From: Dehalococcoidia bacterium | GTDB taxonomy: Bacteria; Chloroflexota; Dehalococcoidia; Lucifugimonadales; UBA3495 | NCBI GenBank assembly: GCA_965216425.1 | Contig: CBDCFV010000004.1 | Coordinates: 121,144-185,143 of the forward strand | Direction of reading: 5' to 3' | DNA length: 64,000 nucleotides | In this document: positions 9,232 through 19,901 of the stretch, piece after piece | How positions within the stretch are numbered: position 1 is the first letter of the stretch | Layout: every line of letters starts with the position of its first letter | The notes under the pieces: generated by a model | Database searches by the model: none | What the model saw: only the letters and a program-made list of their open reading frames with translations | Told to the model about the DNA's origin: nothing | Position numbers and translations under genes: made by a program

Positions 9232-9420
9232 TCAGTCTTGGCCCCCCTCCAGTATTCGCAGCGCCCGCTCCCGCCGCGCCGCCTGCTCGGGAGCCAGCGG
9301 CTCGTTGTCCAGCCGGGCCAGCAGTCTCCTGGCAAGGGCCACATTCCCCAGCCGGTAGGCCTTGGCCGCCATGTCCAGGACTCCATCGACATGGCGGCTG
9401 GGGGTTTGTTCGGAGGTCAT
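9232..9420 (-). CDS. Small helical protein, unknown function
   Basis: 62-aa ORF whose stop overlaps (ATGA) the start of the 9233 gene. Confidence 0.3.
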   Translation of the reverse strand: MTSEQTPSRHVDGVLDMAAKAYRLGNVALARRLLARLDNEPLAPEQAARRERALRILEGGQD

Positions 9421-9816
9421 CTCTTATATCCCCCCTATCCTCATTCACGCCTCGATTCCAAGAGCCTTAATCAACCAGTCTGGCCCAACCATCATCACGA
9501 ATTCCCACCCCTCGCGCCGACCCAGCTCCGCGTCAGAATAGGTGCGACGCGAAATTGCCAAGACCGGCTCTGTGCTCCCGTTCCCGACGCAATCTTCGCC
9601 GGTACTGAACTCGATGTTCCACTGCGTCAAGCGGTTTTATAAGAGTGATCATAATCAGCAGGCGGGGCCGTCCGCGGGTCTGCCCCGCCTGGAGGTCATC
9701 CCGCTGCCAGCCTGGCACTCCACCCACTCTACGCATCACTCCGTGGGGCAGGCCCCGTTCCTCTTTGCCCGCGAGGCGTGGGGGCAGTCCGCGTTCCTCG
9801 ATTAACGCCCCGGTTA

Positions 9817-9969
9817 CTAGTACTACAACGACGCGTTATCCTACAAGGTAACTCGTGGGCGGATTTTGAAGCTGGCAACGAACGAGTGCGAGTCTCCCGT
9901 GATGAACGGTCAGTAGCTGAAGAAGAAGACCTGAGCGTGTTTTCTCATAACGCGTCGTTGTAGTACTAG
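9817..9969 (+). mobile_element. MITE family 1, copy 2
   Basis: Identical to 7509..7661. Confidence 0.9.
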
Positions 9970-10390
9970 CGTGGGGACCTTTAGAGCCACAAAACAGCAT
10001 TTCGTTAATGCTTCGGTCATAGAACGCTCCTCTTATTGACATAATTTGATTCGCACAAAAACCATTTATGTTAATTCCTATGATATCCATCAAACCCTTG
10101 GAGGTGAACTCAATGCCCCGTTCGGCGCAATACTCGGTGAGAGTGTCGCTGATGATCACGCTGTCGTTGTCGGAGTCTATCCCGAGGACGGGAAAGGGCA
10201 ACTGATTGGCGATTACATCCAGTCCTGCCACCACCAGGGACTGCTCTCTGGCCACCAGGCTGTAGACGAAGGAACCTCCCATGCTCTCCCCGCAGCGGGC
10301 CACCAGGTCGATCTCCAGAAAGCCTGGCGGCGGCCGGTTCCAGTGGGCGAAGGTACGCAACGGAATATTGCGACAGCCTGCGGTAAACAC
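9970..10390 (-). pseudogene. Fragment of an rve-type DDE transposase
   Basis: WNRPPPGFLEIDLVARCGESMGGSF...GIDSDNDSVI has an integrase-core look. Cut at its 3' side by the MITE and lacks its 5' part. Confidence 0.45.
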
Positions 10391-10431
10391 GGTGTCGCCG
10401 GGCGCACGTCGGACACCGTGTTTGGGCCGGT

Positions 10432-10750
10432 ATGACCGTTGCGCCGCAGTCCCTACAGAGGCCCAGCTTCCTCAGGGAGTATGGGAAGATTACCGCCCAG
10501 TGCGCTGCCAAGAGGGTGAACCATTCAGGGTACCTGCTGCGGCTGGTGGAACTGGAGCTCATCGACCGCCGCCAGCGCATGGTGGAGCGGCGAATCCGGG
10601 CCGCCCGATTCCCCACCGTCAAAAGCCTGGACACCTTCGACTTCCCGGCCATCCCGTCGATGAACAAAGCTCTGGTCATGGAGCTGGCGCGGTGCGAATA
10701 CATCCAGAGGCGGGACACCGTCATCGCCATCGGCAACCGGTCCAGGAGTG
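10432..10750 (+). pseudogene. IS21 IstB N-terminal fragment
   Basis: SFLREYGKITAQCAAKRVNHSGYLLRLVELELIDRRQRMVERRIRAARFPTVKSLDTFDF is nearly the same as the intact IstB at 37073..37855. It ends before Walker A. Confidence 0.75.
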
Positions 10751-11773
10751 TCCGTCCTGTCCTTGGATGGGCTTGTTGCAGGCTCATTTATGGAGGCCTC
10801 AATTTTGTTGCCCCAACCCGTTCCCGCCACCGGTGATGCTCCAAGCGCGCCTCTCTCCCGGAGCGACCAGGTCCGCCAGGCCGCCCGGGCCCGGAACACC
10901 CAGCGGGCCTACCTCGGTCACTGGACCCGCTTTCACAGCTGGGCCCAGGAGCAGGGGCTCGACCTGCCCGGGGGCCTGGAGACCGCCCTCTGCGACTACT
11001 TGGTCCACTTGGCGGAGGACGGCAAACGGATGGCCACCATCCGGCAGGCCCGGGCGGCCATCATCAGGGGCGCCGAGCTGGCGGGGTGGCCCAAGCCCGG
11101 CGGCTCCGGCGTCGCGGAGATGATGCGGGGGCTGGGCCGGATCCTCCGGGGGCCCCAGAGACAGGCGGCGCCCCTCCACGCCGAGGCACTGGCGGCGATC
11201 AGGGCTACCGCATTCACCTGCCGCCGCACCCGGGGCGGTCATACCGAGACGGCGGAATACGCCCGGCGCCGCGGCTTGGGCGACGTCGCCCTGGCCTCCG
11301 TCATGCGCGACGGGCTGCTGCGGGTCTCCGAGGCCGCCGCCCTGCGCTGGGGAGACGTGGAGCTGGCCGGAGACGGCAGCGGCCGCATCCGGATTCCGGA
11401 GTCGAAGACCGACCAGGAGGCCGAGGGGGTGTTGTTGTACTTGGGGCCGGCTGCCGTCGAGGCCCTGCTGGCCGTCCGCCCGGAAGAGGCGGTGATCGAC
11501 GCGGTCACTCCGGTCTTCAACCTCCACCCAGACACCATCCGGCGGCGTCTGCAGCAGGCAGCGCGGGCGGCTGGGCTCCCCGGCTGTCGGGACATCACCG
11601 GACACTCCGAGCGGGTGGGGATGGCCCAGGACCTGTCGGCTGCGGGCTTCGCCCTCCCCGAGCTGATGACGGCGGGACGGTGGAAGTCTCCCAGGATGCC
11701 GGCCCGGTACACGGAGCGCCAGGCAGCCGGACGGGGGGCGGTGGCCAGGTACTACCAGGGCGGCAGGGGGTAG
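10748..11773 (+). CDS. Tyrosine recombinase/integrase
   Basis: LLRVSEAAALRWGDV (Arg), GHSERVG (HxxR) and GRWKSPRMPARYTE (Tyr). The start is uncertain: GTG at 10748 or ATG at 10790. Confidence 0.85.
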   Translation: MSVLSLDGLVAGSFMEASILLPQPVPATGDAPSAPLSRSDQVRQAARARNTQRAYLGHWTRFHSWAQEQGLDLPGGLETALCDYLVHLAEDGKRMATIRQARAAIIRGAELAGWPKPGGSGVAEMMRGLGRILRGPQRQAAPLHAEALAAIRATAFTCRRTRGGHTETAEYARRRGLGDVALASVMRDGLLRVSEAAALRWGDVELAGDGSGRIRIPESKTDQEAEGVLLYLGPAAVEALLAVRPEEAVIDAVTPVFNLHPDTIRRRLQQAARAAGLPGCRDITGHSERVGMAQDLSAAGFALPELMTAGRWKSPRMPARYTERQAAGRGAVARYYQGGRG

Positions 11774-11984
11774 AGGCCCGGCGTCGCAGCCCCGGGAAGC
11801 GGGCGCCAGCGAGGTGGTCGCCGTTTTCGGTAGCAGTACTCGGTAGCAGTACATGGACACCCAAGGGAGCTCGGGAAGGCCGCCACCCGGTTGTGTTGGG
11901 GCGTTGTACGCCGCCCTCCGGGTTGGTGTTATGCTCTGTGTACACCACTCTTTTTGGCGGGTGGGTCCCCCTTACAACGAGGAG

Positions 11985-12155
11985 ATGCAAACCATGGAAA
12001 AGTTGACTCTGACGCTGCACAAGACCAAGGACACGAAGAACAAGGTCGTGTACGGCACCAAGGACGGCGAGGTCATCCAGAGCGTCTACATCGACAAGGA
12101 CGCCCTGGGCGACGTTCCACCGGCCACGCTCCAAGTGGTCATATCCGCACAGTAA
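11985..12155 (+). CDS. Small hypothetical protein (56 aa)
   Basis: GAGGAG lies directly upstream of the ATG. MQTMEKLTLTLHKTKDTKNKVVY.... Confidence 0.4.
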   Translation: MQTMEKLTLTLHKTKDTKNKVVYGTKDGEVIQSVYIDKDALGDVPPATLQVVISAQ

Positions 12156-12284
12156 ACCTGGGCAGCCTCCTTGGCTGGGGAACCGCGCTGGGGCGTCGCG
12201 CAGGTGAAAACGAGGTAAAGCGGACCGCTGGAAGCCAGGGATCAGACACTACTGCGACCGGACCTACCGGCCCAGAATAGAGCT

Positions 12285-12527
12285 GATTGTTGCCGAGGGA
12301 AGACAGATCCTTGGCGCAGGAGTCCGCGCGCTCAGGGAGACGGCCGGGCTGACTCAAGAGAACCTCGCACAGGCCGCTGGACTCGGACGAATCACGTTGG
12401 TCCGGTTAGAAAAAGGAAAACACACACGTCCAAGCTCAGCACGCTGAAGGCCCTAGCCGACGCATTCGAACGGCCGGTTGAAGACCTCCTCGCCGGCCCG
12501 GACAGCGTCGAAGCAACGAACTCATAG
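12285..12527 (+). pseudogene. XRE-family HTH protein, frameshifted
   Basis: LRETAGLTQENLAQAAGLGRITLVRLEKGK continues in another frame as STLKALADAFERPVEDLL. The frame break is near 12410-12430. Confidence 0.4.
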
Positions 12528-12697
12528 TCGCCGGCCCGGAAGCAAGTAAGTTGGCAGGGCCCGACCGCTATCCAAATATAAATGGAGGAACCTCACTATG
12601 GCGCCCAATCCCATCCTCTCCCATCCTCATCACTGCACCAATGCAAGCCTCACCTCCACAAGCATTCGCATGAGGTAGCACCGCCCCGGAGGCAACC

Positions 12698-13465
12698 ATG
12701 CCAGCAGACCAAGACAATGCCGAAGAATTACTGGCCACAATCGCCCAGCAGGTAGCTCAAGCTTCAAGGACCACCGCGCTCCACATCGAACAGCACGATG
12801 ACATTGAAAAGGCCGCCCAGGAAAAAGCCGGCGTCGTTATCAGCAAAGTCCGGGAAACATTGGAGACAGCCCACCAGTCAGCCCTCGACCAAGCCACAGA
12901 GGCCCTGAAGTCCAGCCACAACCAGGAGCTCCACACCAACCTCACCACCATCGCAAAGAAGTTCAACGAGACCCTCGACGATCTGGTAAGACACCACAGG
13001 TCAACCTTGCAGGAACACATCGAAACTCTCAAAAAGGCCGATGAAGAAAGGGCCGAAAGCCACAGCCAAGAGATGGATCGGATCAGAAACGAAGCCCAGA
13101 GAGCGGAGGACCAGGCCCAAGCTCAGAGAAGGGAAATGGAAGACTCCCACAGAGAGGCCTTGGCACAGACAGCCAACACCTTGGAAAGAGAAAGAGAAGC
13201 CCGGAATGAGCGATACCAGCAACTCTGTTCTGACACAACAACAAGAATGGAAGAAATCCTGGCCGGCGCCTTGGAGGAAAGCGCCAAGACCAACGAGGCC
13301 AGGTTTACCGAGACAAGGGAAACCATAGCAAGGCAGAAAGCCGACGCAGATGCCGCCCTCGCGGAGAGGGATACGAAATGGCGCAGGACCATCCTCATTC
13401 TCGCAGGAGCAATCCTGACCTCCATCGCCGCGGCCATCGCGGCGGTCATGATGGCGCTGACATGA
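12698..13465 (+). CDS. Coiled-coil protein with a C-terminal TM anchor
   Basis: GGAGG Shine-Dalgarno sequence. Glu/Gln/Arg-rich heptad-like sequence. Terminal ILILAGAILTSIAAAIAAVMMAL. Confidence 0.6.
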   Translation: MPADQDNAEELLATIAQQVAQASRTTALHIEQHDDIEKAAQEKAGVVISKVRETLETAHQSALDQATEALKSSHNQELHTNLTTIAKKFNETLDDLVRHHRSTLQEHIETLKKADEERAESHSQEMDRIRNEAQRAEDQAQAQRREMEDSHREALAQTANTLEREREARNERYQQLCSDTTTRMEEILAGALEESAKTNEARFTETRETIARQKADADAALAERDTKWRRTILILAGAILTSIAAAIAAVMMALT

Positions 13466-13539
13466 GGATGGACGACCTGCTCCAACTGCATCGGCCACTG
13501 CCGATGCGGGCTTCCCGGTCCGATTGCCAGCGCCCAGCC

Positions 13540-13569
13540 AATGCACATCCCATGTTGGCTTTGGTTTAG
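13540..13569 (-). repeat. Solo end of MITE family 2
   Basis: The reverse complement CTAAACCAAAGCCAACATGGGATGTGCATT matches the ends at 43216 and 44225. Confidence 0.5.
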
Positions 13570-13836
13570 GATTCCGGTCGATACCGGGGATGAGATATGG
13601 CCAAGGAGCAGCCTCAAAGTGGGCATAGAGGGCAAACGGCAGCAGGCCGGCTGGAGGGAGGAATACCTCCTGAGAGTCCTCCCCGGCTAAGGCGCGACTG
13701 CCTTGGTTCCACGCTCCGGACCTGTCCTTTATCGGCCCTTCCGGTGGTAATATTGCCTTTACCCGTTGAATGCCCTTGAGGCCCGGTTACTCAACGCCCA
13801 TGCTGCCGGGTCGTTGCCACCGGCGATGAGGATGTT

Positions 13837-15084
13837 ATGGCCGATACAATAGTCTTCCAGAATGCCACCATATTCGATTCCACCGGAAGGGAACCCTATG
13901 GTCAGGGCACCGTTGTGGTGGAGGGCGACAAAATAACCGCTGTCGGACCGGCGGATCAGGTTGCGGCGCCTCGCGGCGCAAGGGTAATCGACGCGGGGGG
14001 CCATACCGTCATGCCCGGCCTGATCGATGCCCATACCCACGTCGGGGCCGTGGACAATTCATTCGGCGCCAACTTTGAGGACAACCATCCCGGGGCAATC
14101 TACGCCTATTCCGTAGCCCGCATCCTCCAGGCTACTCTGATGGGCGGGTTTACCACCATCAGGGACGCCGGCGGCTGCGATTACAGCTTCAAGGCGGCCG
14201 TGCAGTCGGGAATTATCCCGGGGCCCCGCATATTCACCAGCCAGGCGTACATCTCGCAAACCGGCGGCCATGGCGACATGCGCCAGCGGCACGACCGCGC
14301 CGCTCCAAGGTCGGGCCACCGGCTGGCGCCGCTGCCGGCCATTTGCGACGGGGTCCCCCAGGTACGCCAGGCGGCCCGGGAGCAGCTGCGCACCGGCGCC
14401 GACCAGCTCAAGATAATGGCCGGCGGGGGCGCCGCGTCGCCAACCGACCCTCTCGACTCTCCCCAGTTCACGGTTGAGGAAATAGCGGCCGCCGTCTACG
14501 AGGCAAGAGCGGTCAAGAAAAGAGTCATGGCCCACGTTTACGTCCCCGAGGGCATCAAGAATTGCGTGGCAGCCGGTGTGCGCAGCATCGAACACGGAAA
14601 TTTTATCGACGAAGAAGCGGCCTCGCTGATGAAGGAAAACGATATGTACCTCGTCCCAACGCTGACGGTCTACGAGCTGATCGCGGAACGGGGCCGGGAA
14701 CAGGGGATTTCTGAAGTCACCATAGAAAAGATCAACCAAGCCAGGGGCGCCGGGCGCCAGAGCGTTGAAGTCGCAATGGCGGCAGGGGTCAACATCGCGT
14801 CGGGCGCCGACCTGTTCGGGCAGAACTACGGCCTGAAGGCAGTTGAGCTGGAACTGAAGGCGGACGTCATGGGGCCGGTGGCGAGCCTGATTTCGGCGAC
14901 CCGCACCAATGCCGAACTCCTGGAACGGTCCAACGAGATCGGCACCCTGGAGCCCGGCAAACTGGCTGATCTCATAATGGTCAGGGGTAATCCAGTGGAC
15001 GACATCACGGTCCTGCAGCACGCGAATAACATACCGCTGGTGATGCAGGCCGGCCGGGTCGTCAAGTGGGAGGAGCCGGGCTAA
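13837..15084 (+). CDS. Amidohydrolase family metallo-hydrolase
   Basis: MPGLIDAHTHVG metal-binding motif and the length fit the amidohydrolase fold. Confidence 0.8.
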   Translation: MADTIVFQNATIFDSTGREPYGQGTVVVEGDKITAVGPADQVAAPRGARVIDAGGHTVMPGLIDAHTHVGAVDNSFGANFEDNHPGAIYAYSVARILQATLMGGFTTIRDAGGCDYSFKAAVQSGIIPGPRIFTSQAYISQTGGHGDMRQRHDRAAPRSGHRLAPLPAICDGVPQVRQAAREQLRTGADQLKIMAGGGAASPTDPLDSPQFTVEEIAAAVYEARAVKKRVMAHVYVPEGIKNCVAAGVRSIEHGNFIDEEAASLMKENDMYLVPTLTVYELIAERGREQGISEVTIEKINQARGAGRQSVEVAMAAGVNIASGADLFGQNYGLKAVELELKADVMGPVASLISATRTNAELLERSNEIGTLEPGKLADLIMVRGNPVDDITVLQHANNIPLVMQAGRVVKWEEPG

Positions 15085-15239
15085 CCGGGTTCTCCCTTAC
15101 CTGTGCAGGAGACGGTCAGGGCAGGGATCCGTGTCTCATCCGCCTGGAATGGCCGGAACAGGTCATGGGGTGGTTTGACCTCAGCTGAACGAGTGGCAAC
15201 GACCAACGGGAGCCGAAGAGCACGCAGGAGGGCAGACGC

Positions 15240-16625
15240 ATGGCAGACCTGAATATCGCTACCCTTTCCGGCGACTACACCGTCATAAGCGAAGCGGAGG
15301 TCAAGGACTTCCGCAGCAGCCTGCATGGCGAGACGCTGCTCCCTGACGACGCAGGGTATGACGGCGCGCGGCGGATCTGGAACGCCATGATCGACAAGCG
15401 GCCAGCCATAATCGCCCGCTGCAGCGGTCCGGCGGACGTGGTCAATTCGGTCAACTTCGCCAGTGAGAAGAACCTGCTGATTTCGGTGCGAGGGGGCGGC
15501 CATAACTTCCCCGGCAACAGCGTCTGCAACGATGGGCTGATGATCGACCTCTCGCAGATGACCGGCGTACGCGTCGACCCGGTTGCCGGGACTGCCCGGG
15601 CCCAGGGCGGGACGAAGTGGGGGGCGTTCGATCATGAGACGCAGGCCTTTGGCCTCGCCACCACCGGCGGGACCGACGTCGATACCGGCATCGCCGGCCT
15701 CACTCTGGGGGGCGGCATTGGATGGCTGTCCGGCAGCTACGGCCTCAGCTGCGACAACCTGGTCACCGCCGACGGCCGGTCCCTGACGGCCAGCGCGGAC
15801 GAGAACTCCGACCTGCTCTTGGCCCTCAGGGGAGGTGGCGGCAACTTCGGCGTCGTAACGTCTCTAGAATACCAACTGCATCCTGTTGGGCCCGATGTGC
15901 TGGCGGGCTGGTTGATCTATCCCGCCGACAAGGTGAGAGAGTTCTTCCCCCTGGTCAACGATTTTACCGGCAATATGCCCGACGAAATGAATCTCATCAC
16001 GTTCCTGCACACACTTCCGGATGGCGGTGGAAAGGCCTGCAGCATTCTGCTCTGTTACCACGGCGCCGTAGAGAACGGAGAGCGGGTCATACGGCCGCTC
16101 CGGGAGTTGGGAACGCCAATCCTGGACAACGTCAGGCCCGTGCCGTACACCGAAGCCCAGAAGCTGGCGGTGGCGCCTGCGGGGCGACAGAACTACCTGA
16201 AATCTCATTTCGTCAGTGAGGTCAACGACGACATTGTGGACATCGCGCTGGCCTATTTCGACCGCATAACATCGCCGCTCTCCTCCATCCTGTTCCAGTA
16301 CCTCGGCAACGCCGCCCGGCGCGTGCCCGCCGGCCACACGGCCTTCGGACACCGCCACGCTCTCACGGAATGGGCCACCAATGCTGTTTTCCTGGACCCG
16401 GGAGAGTCGGAGGTGCACATCCGCTGGGCCAGGGAATTCGCCTCCGACCTGCTGCCATTCTCATCGGGGGCCTACGTCAACCAGGTAGGCACGGAGGAAG
16501 ACGAGGGAGCGGACGCGATACAGGCGGCTTTCGGGGACAATTTCCAGCGGTTGGCGGCCCTGAAGCAGAAGTACGACCCGGAAAACCTGTTCAGCCACAA
16601 CCAGAACATCCGGCCGCGGCTTTAG
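15240..16625 (+). CDS. FAD-binding oxidoreductase (FAD_binding_4 / BBE-like)
   Basis: SVRGGGHNFPG motif. C-terminal DPENLFSHNQNIRP BBE-type tail. GGAGGG Shine-Dalgarno sequence. Confidence 0.8.
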   Translation: MADLNIATLSGDYTVISEAEVKDFRSSLHGETLLPDDAGYDGARRIWNAMIDKRPAIIARCSGPADVVNSVNFASEKNLLISVRGGGHNFPGNSVCNDGLMIDLSQMTGVRVDPVAGTARAQGGTKWGAFDHETQAFGLATTGGTDVDTGIAGLTLGGGIGWLSGSYGLSCDNLVTADGRSLTASADENSDLLLALRGGGGNFGVVTSLEYQLHPVGPDVLAGWLIYPADKVREFFPLVNDFTGNMPDEMNLITFLHTLPDGGGKACSILLCYHGAVENGERVIRPLRELGTPILDNVRPVPYTEAQKLAVAPAGRQNYLKSHFVSEVNDDIVDIALAYFDRITSPLSSILFQYLGNAARRVPAGHTAFGHRHALTEWATNAVFLDPGESEVHIRWAREFASDLLPFSSGAYVNQVGTEEDEGADAIQAAFGDNFQRLAALKQKYDPENLFSHNQNIRPRL

Positions 16626-16738
16626 TTCCTGCGGGCAGGAGCGCTGATGTTTCTCCAAGGCGAAACTATAGTCTCGTCAGGCGAGGTTCGACTGACTTGA
16701 CCAGTGCTGGCAGGACCCATCGATAGTGAGGTGCAGTT

Positions 16739-17893
16739 ATGACCGGGAGTCCGGAGAGCATAGTGCAGGAAGCGATCGATTTGGCTATCAGAGAGCGCGG
16801 GGAAATCGGAGTACAGGTCGCCGCCTACCTCAACAGCGAACTGGTGATCGACCAGTGGGGCGGCCTGGCCGATGAGACCACCGGCCAGGAGGTCGACGGA
16901 GACACGCTCTTCCAGGTGTTTTCGAACATAAAGGCCGTGACGGCAACGGCCCTGCACATCCAGGTGGAACGGGGCCTGGTTGACTACCACCAACCAGTGG
17001 CGAAGTACTGGCCCGAATTCGGCAAGCACGGCAAGGACCGGGGTACGGTGTTCGACGCGTTGACCCATCGCATCGGAGTGCCGCTCATGCCCGTGGGAGT
17101 AACTCCTGAACTCATGTGCGACTGGGACTGGATGGTGGACCAGATCGCAGAGATGCATCCTCTCTTCGAGCCGGGGACTCGCAGCGGTTACATGGCCTAC
17201 ACCTTCGGCTGGGTGGTTGGGGAGGTTGTGCGGCGTACCGACAAGCTGCACCGGCCATTCGGCCGGTTCATCCAGGATGAAATCTGCCAGCCACTGGGCA
17301 TCAGCGACCTGTGGGCCGGGATTCCTACAGAGGTGGAGTCCCGGGTGGCCAAGCTGACCAATTTGCCTCCGATCCCTCCGGGCGCCCCTGGGGTGCCCCC
17401 AGACTCGCTGCGGCCCCGGGCCACCCCTCCGGAGGTTGCGACAACCCAGGAGGTATTCGGCCGGTCCGATGTGCGCCAGGCCTGCATCCCCGGGGCCCAG
17501 GGAATCATGAACGCGCGGAGCCAAGCCCGCTTCTACGCCATGCTGGCCAATGGCGGCGAACTGGACGGCGCGCGCCTTCTCTCCGAGGAACGTGTGCGGA
17601 CCTTCCACCTACCCCGTCCACCCAGCGATTACGATCCGGTCAGCGGCACACCCCATCACGGGACCATCGGAGGCTTCCACTTCGCCGGCAGTCCCGGCAT
17701 GGGCGCCATGGGGAGTAACCCGCTGGCTTTCGGCCACAATGGCGCCGGCGGCTCGCTGGGCTGGGCGGATCCCAAGCACCGGCTGGCAGTCGCGATCCAA
17801 CACAATCGCATGGTCCCTCACGGCCCGCCCGAGAAAAGCCCGCTGACACCCATTGGTGCAGCGGTTCGGAATGCTCTGGGGATACCCGAGTAG
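16739..17893 (+). CDS. Serine hydrolase (beta-lactamase/esterase family)
   Basis: FSNIKAV gives an S-x-x-K motif near the N-terminus. Size is typical of class C-like esterases. Confidence 0.75.
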   Translation: MTGSPESIVQEAIDLAIRERGEIGVQVAAYLNSELVIDQWGGLADETTGQEVDGDTLFQVFSNIKAVTATALHIQVERGLVDYHQPVAKYWPEFGKHGKDRGTVFDALTHRIGVPLMPVGVTPELMCDWDWMVDQIAEMHPLFEPGTRSGYMAYTFGWVVGEVVRRTDKLHRPFGRFIQDEICQPLGISDLWAGIPTEVESRVAKLTNLPPIPPGAPGVPPDSLRPRATPPEVATTQEVFGRSDVRQACIPGAQGIMNARSQARFYAMLANGGELDGARLLSEERVRTFHLPRPPSDYDPVSGTPHHGTIGGFHFAGSPGMGAMGSNPLAFGHNGAGGSLGWADPKHRLAVAIQHNRMVPHGPPEKSPLTPIGAAVRNALGIPE

Positions 17894-17991
17894 ATTCCGT
17901 GGGCTCCCTGGGAGTGGTTTGGGCGAACTCGTAATTTAGGGGAATATATACAATCTTATACAACCGTCTCCCTACAGTACCAATGTAACCA

Positions 17992-18270
17992 TCAACAGAA
18001 CACGATTCCTATGGCGCCTGCGAGGATTAGCGAGGTTCTCCGGTCCAGATGAAACCCCTTCCGTCTGCCGGGCGCGGCCAACGTCTTGGGCGTCACGACG
18101 GTCATGTATCCCCCGCAATGGAGACAGAATTCAGCGGTGGGCGGACTCTCCATATAACAATCGTTGCAATGTCGGACGTAGTCCATTTGACAAGAACTCC
18201 CGTGTTGCACTGACACGAAGCGGTGGACGCAGAAGATTTGGACGGTCCGGGTTTCGGTCTCCTGGCCCAA
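17992..18270 (-). CDS. Zinc-ribbon protein with a C-terminal TM segment
   Basis: CNDCY...CLHCGG double CxxC, then LILAGAIGIVF. Confidence 0.35.
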   Translation of the reverse strand: MGQETETRTVQIFCVHRFVSVQHGSSCQMDYVRHCNDCYMESPPTAEFCLHCGGYMTVVTPKTLAAPGRRKGFHLDRRTSLILAGAIGIVFC

Positions 18271-18289
18271 ACGTCCGTAGACTTCCCGG

Positions 18290-18974
18290 TCAACGTCGAT
18301 TGGGCTGGTAGATCACTCTGGGACGGGGGACACTGGCCGAATCCACCTTTTTGCACAAGGGTTTACCCCAGCGATTTGGGATTGATTGGGATGGGCATCG
18401 CCTGCACTTCCGGAAGTACTTTTTCAGCGAACAGCTTCAGGCGCTTTTCGGCCTTATCCCTTGGCATCCCGCCGTGGAGGTCCTGGAAGGACTGGACGGC
18501 CGGCTCAGGGTGCGCCATGAGGGACGCATCATCAATGCCCGGGAGGCGCCGCCCAGCCCAGCCTTCCTCCGCAACGGCCGTGGAGATTCGGCCACTCATC
18601 TTGCATCGCCCGCCGGGGCCAACCACTTGGACCAGTGCTGGGCGACGACACTCAAGTCCCTGGACTCAAGGGCAGCGGATGAGGAGGATCAAGCGGGCAT
18701 GACCGGCGGTGCGTCCGCTGCCTTGACGCCCGCAACTGTCCTCCCGCGCAAACCAACCTTCCTGCAGAAGGAGAGATGGAAGGCAATTCAGAAAGCCAAG
18801 TGCAAGGGGATGTCGCTGCGGGCGATCGAGTGGGAGTTGGGAATCCACAGAGCCACCGTGAGGAAATATCTGGACGCCGACGGTCCTCCAACCCGGCGAC
18901 CCTGGGCGGGTCCTACGCCGTCATCATCTGATACCATGACCGCATAACCGAGTGACATTTCTGCCGGCCACTTA
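18290..18974 (+). pseudogene. Right-end remnant of an ISNCY-like element
   Basis: C-terminal transposase-like piece (VEVLEGLDGRLRVRHEGRII), an HTH piece (MSLRAIEWELGIHRATVRKYL) and the terminal repeat GTGACATTTCTGCCGGCCACTTA at 18952-18974. Confidence 0.45.
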
Positions 18975-19199
18975 AACGGACATTTTCCCTGAACAGCGAC
19001 ACCCCACTGGCATGTTTTGTCGACGCCCTTGACAGTCCTTAGTATTGATATCAAGCCCCCCTGGAACACAGCGCCAGAGTAGGCATCAAAGCTAAACGCA
19101 AATGAAACGGCTGGGCTTTCAATTGCCCGCTGTCGGCTCTTGCCCAACAACATGCGATTGCCCTGAGCCTTCACCACCTGCGACGCACGGGCCATTTGG

Positions 19200-19901
19200 T
19201 CAACAGCCCGATGCTCCACCCCAATACTCCGTCCGACGAGAATAATCCGCCACTTCCACCAATCGGCGCATCCTATCCATGGTTACCAAAACCAAGTTGT
19301 GCTGCTTTGCCGTGCTCAGGATCCAGAGGTCGTTCTCCTGAATCCCTAACTCCTTGCCCGTAGTTCGCTCAATTAAATCTTCCACCCATTTGGCCGTCAG
19401 CCTTCCGCGCCGGTCACGAGGTGAATATTTCCTGAAAAGATCTCCCCTGATTTCGCCGTAGACCTTAGCCGTATGCCGGTTAACGTCACGAACACGGTAA
19501 CTTCCCATAGCGGTTCGCACGGTTTCCTGTCTAGAAAGGACAATTTTAGGGGCTGCTGCCAATCCGTATTCCACCTCGCCGAAGGACACAACAGAAACGA
19601 AAACCAGACCGTCGCCCAGATTGTTCAATCTTCGTAAGACCGCGCCATGGCTGGGTGATCCCATATCCCACGATGAACTGGCGACGCTAGCAGGCTGCTG
19701 AAAAACTCTGAGGTCTACTCAGGACCCAAAGCTGCTCGACGATAAGCGACGCCACTGTTGTGTGTTCTGCACCATAGCTTCACACGAACTTAAATGATGA
19801 CGTATATCGGTAGGTTACTTGACGTTCCATCCATCCGCGTCTGTGCGCCTTACCTTTTTCAGCAGCCTGCTAGTGTCCAGAAGATAGCCTTCCGTGTTCA
19901 T
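19200..19901 (-). pseudogene. PIN-domain (VapC-like) nuclease gene interrupted by a MITE
   Basis: Removing the MITE at 19687..19873 joins ATG 19901 (MNTEGYLLDTS) in frame to ORF 19200..19664 (...ENDLWILSTAKQHNLVLVTMD), giving 173 codons. The start overlaps the methyltransferase stop (ATGA). Confidence 0.75.
19687..19873. mobile_element. MITE family 4 (187 bp)
   Basis: 19-nt perfect inverted ends CTAGCAGGCTGCTGAAAAA / TTTTTCAGCAGCCTGCTAG. CTAG-bounded. Confidence 0.75.

Larger units (their letters stand above)
7894..9233 (-). pseudogene. Membrane-anchored protein gene split by IS5 copy 1
   Basis: MKLLKRLSLWDRAPLLGMCAAIVLDFF...HLKKP (9233 down to 8999) continues in frame at 8125 as GLPSGRRGTPGWRFFTLGWYLSPDD...GGREMGE once 8126..8998 is removed. 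Confidence 0.6.

Noticed and set aside
9778-9963. 61-aa ORF and possible structured RNA inside MITE family 1
   Set aside because: The ORF has no Shine-Dalgarno sequence and is created by the repeat. No internal stems beyond the terminal repeats were found by eye. A hammerhead-like GTGATGA lacks the rest of the motif.
7509-9969. Identical 153-bp repeats as a possible CRISPR-like array
   Set aside because: There are only two copies here, 2.2 kb apart. Each has long terminal inverted repeats and CTAG borders, and further copies occur in the opposite orientation. These are MITEs, not spaced direct repeats.
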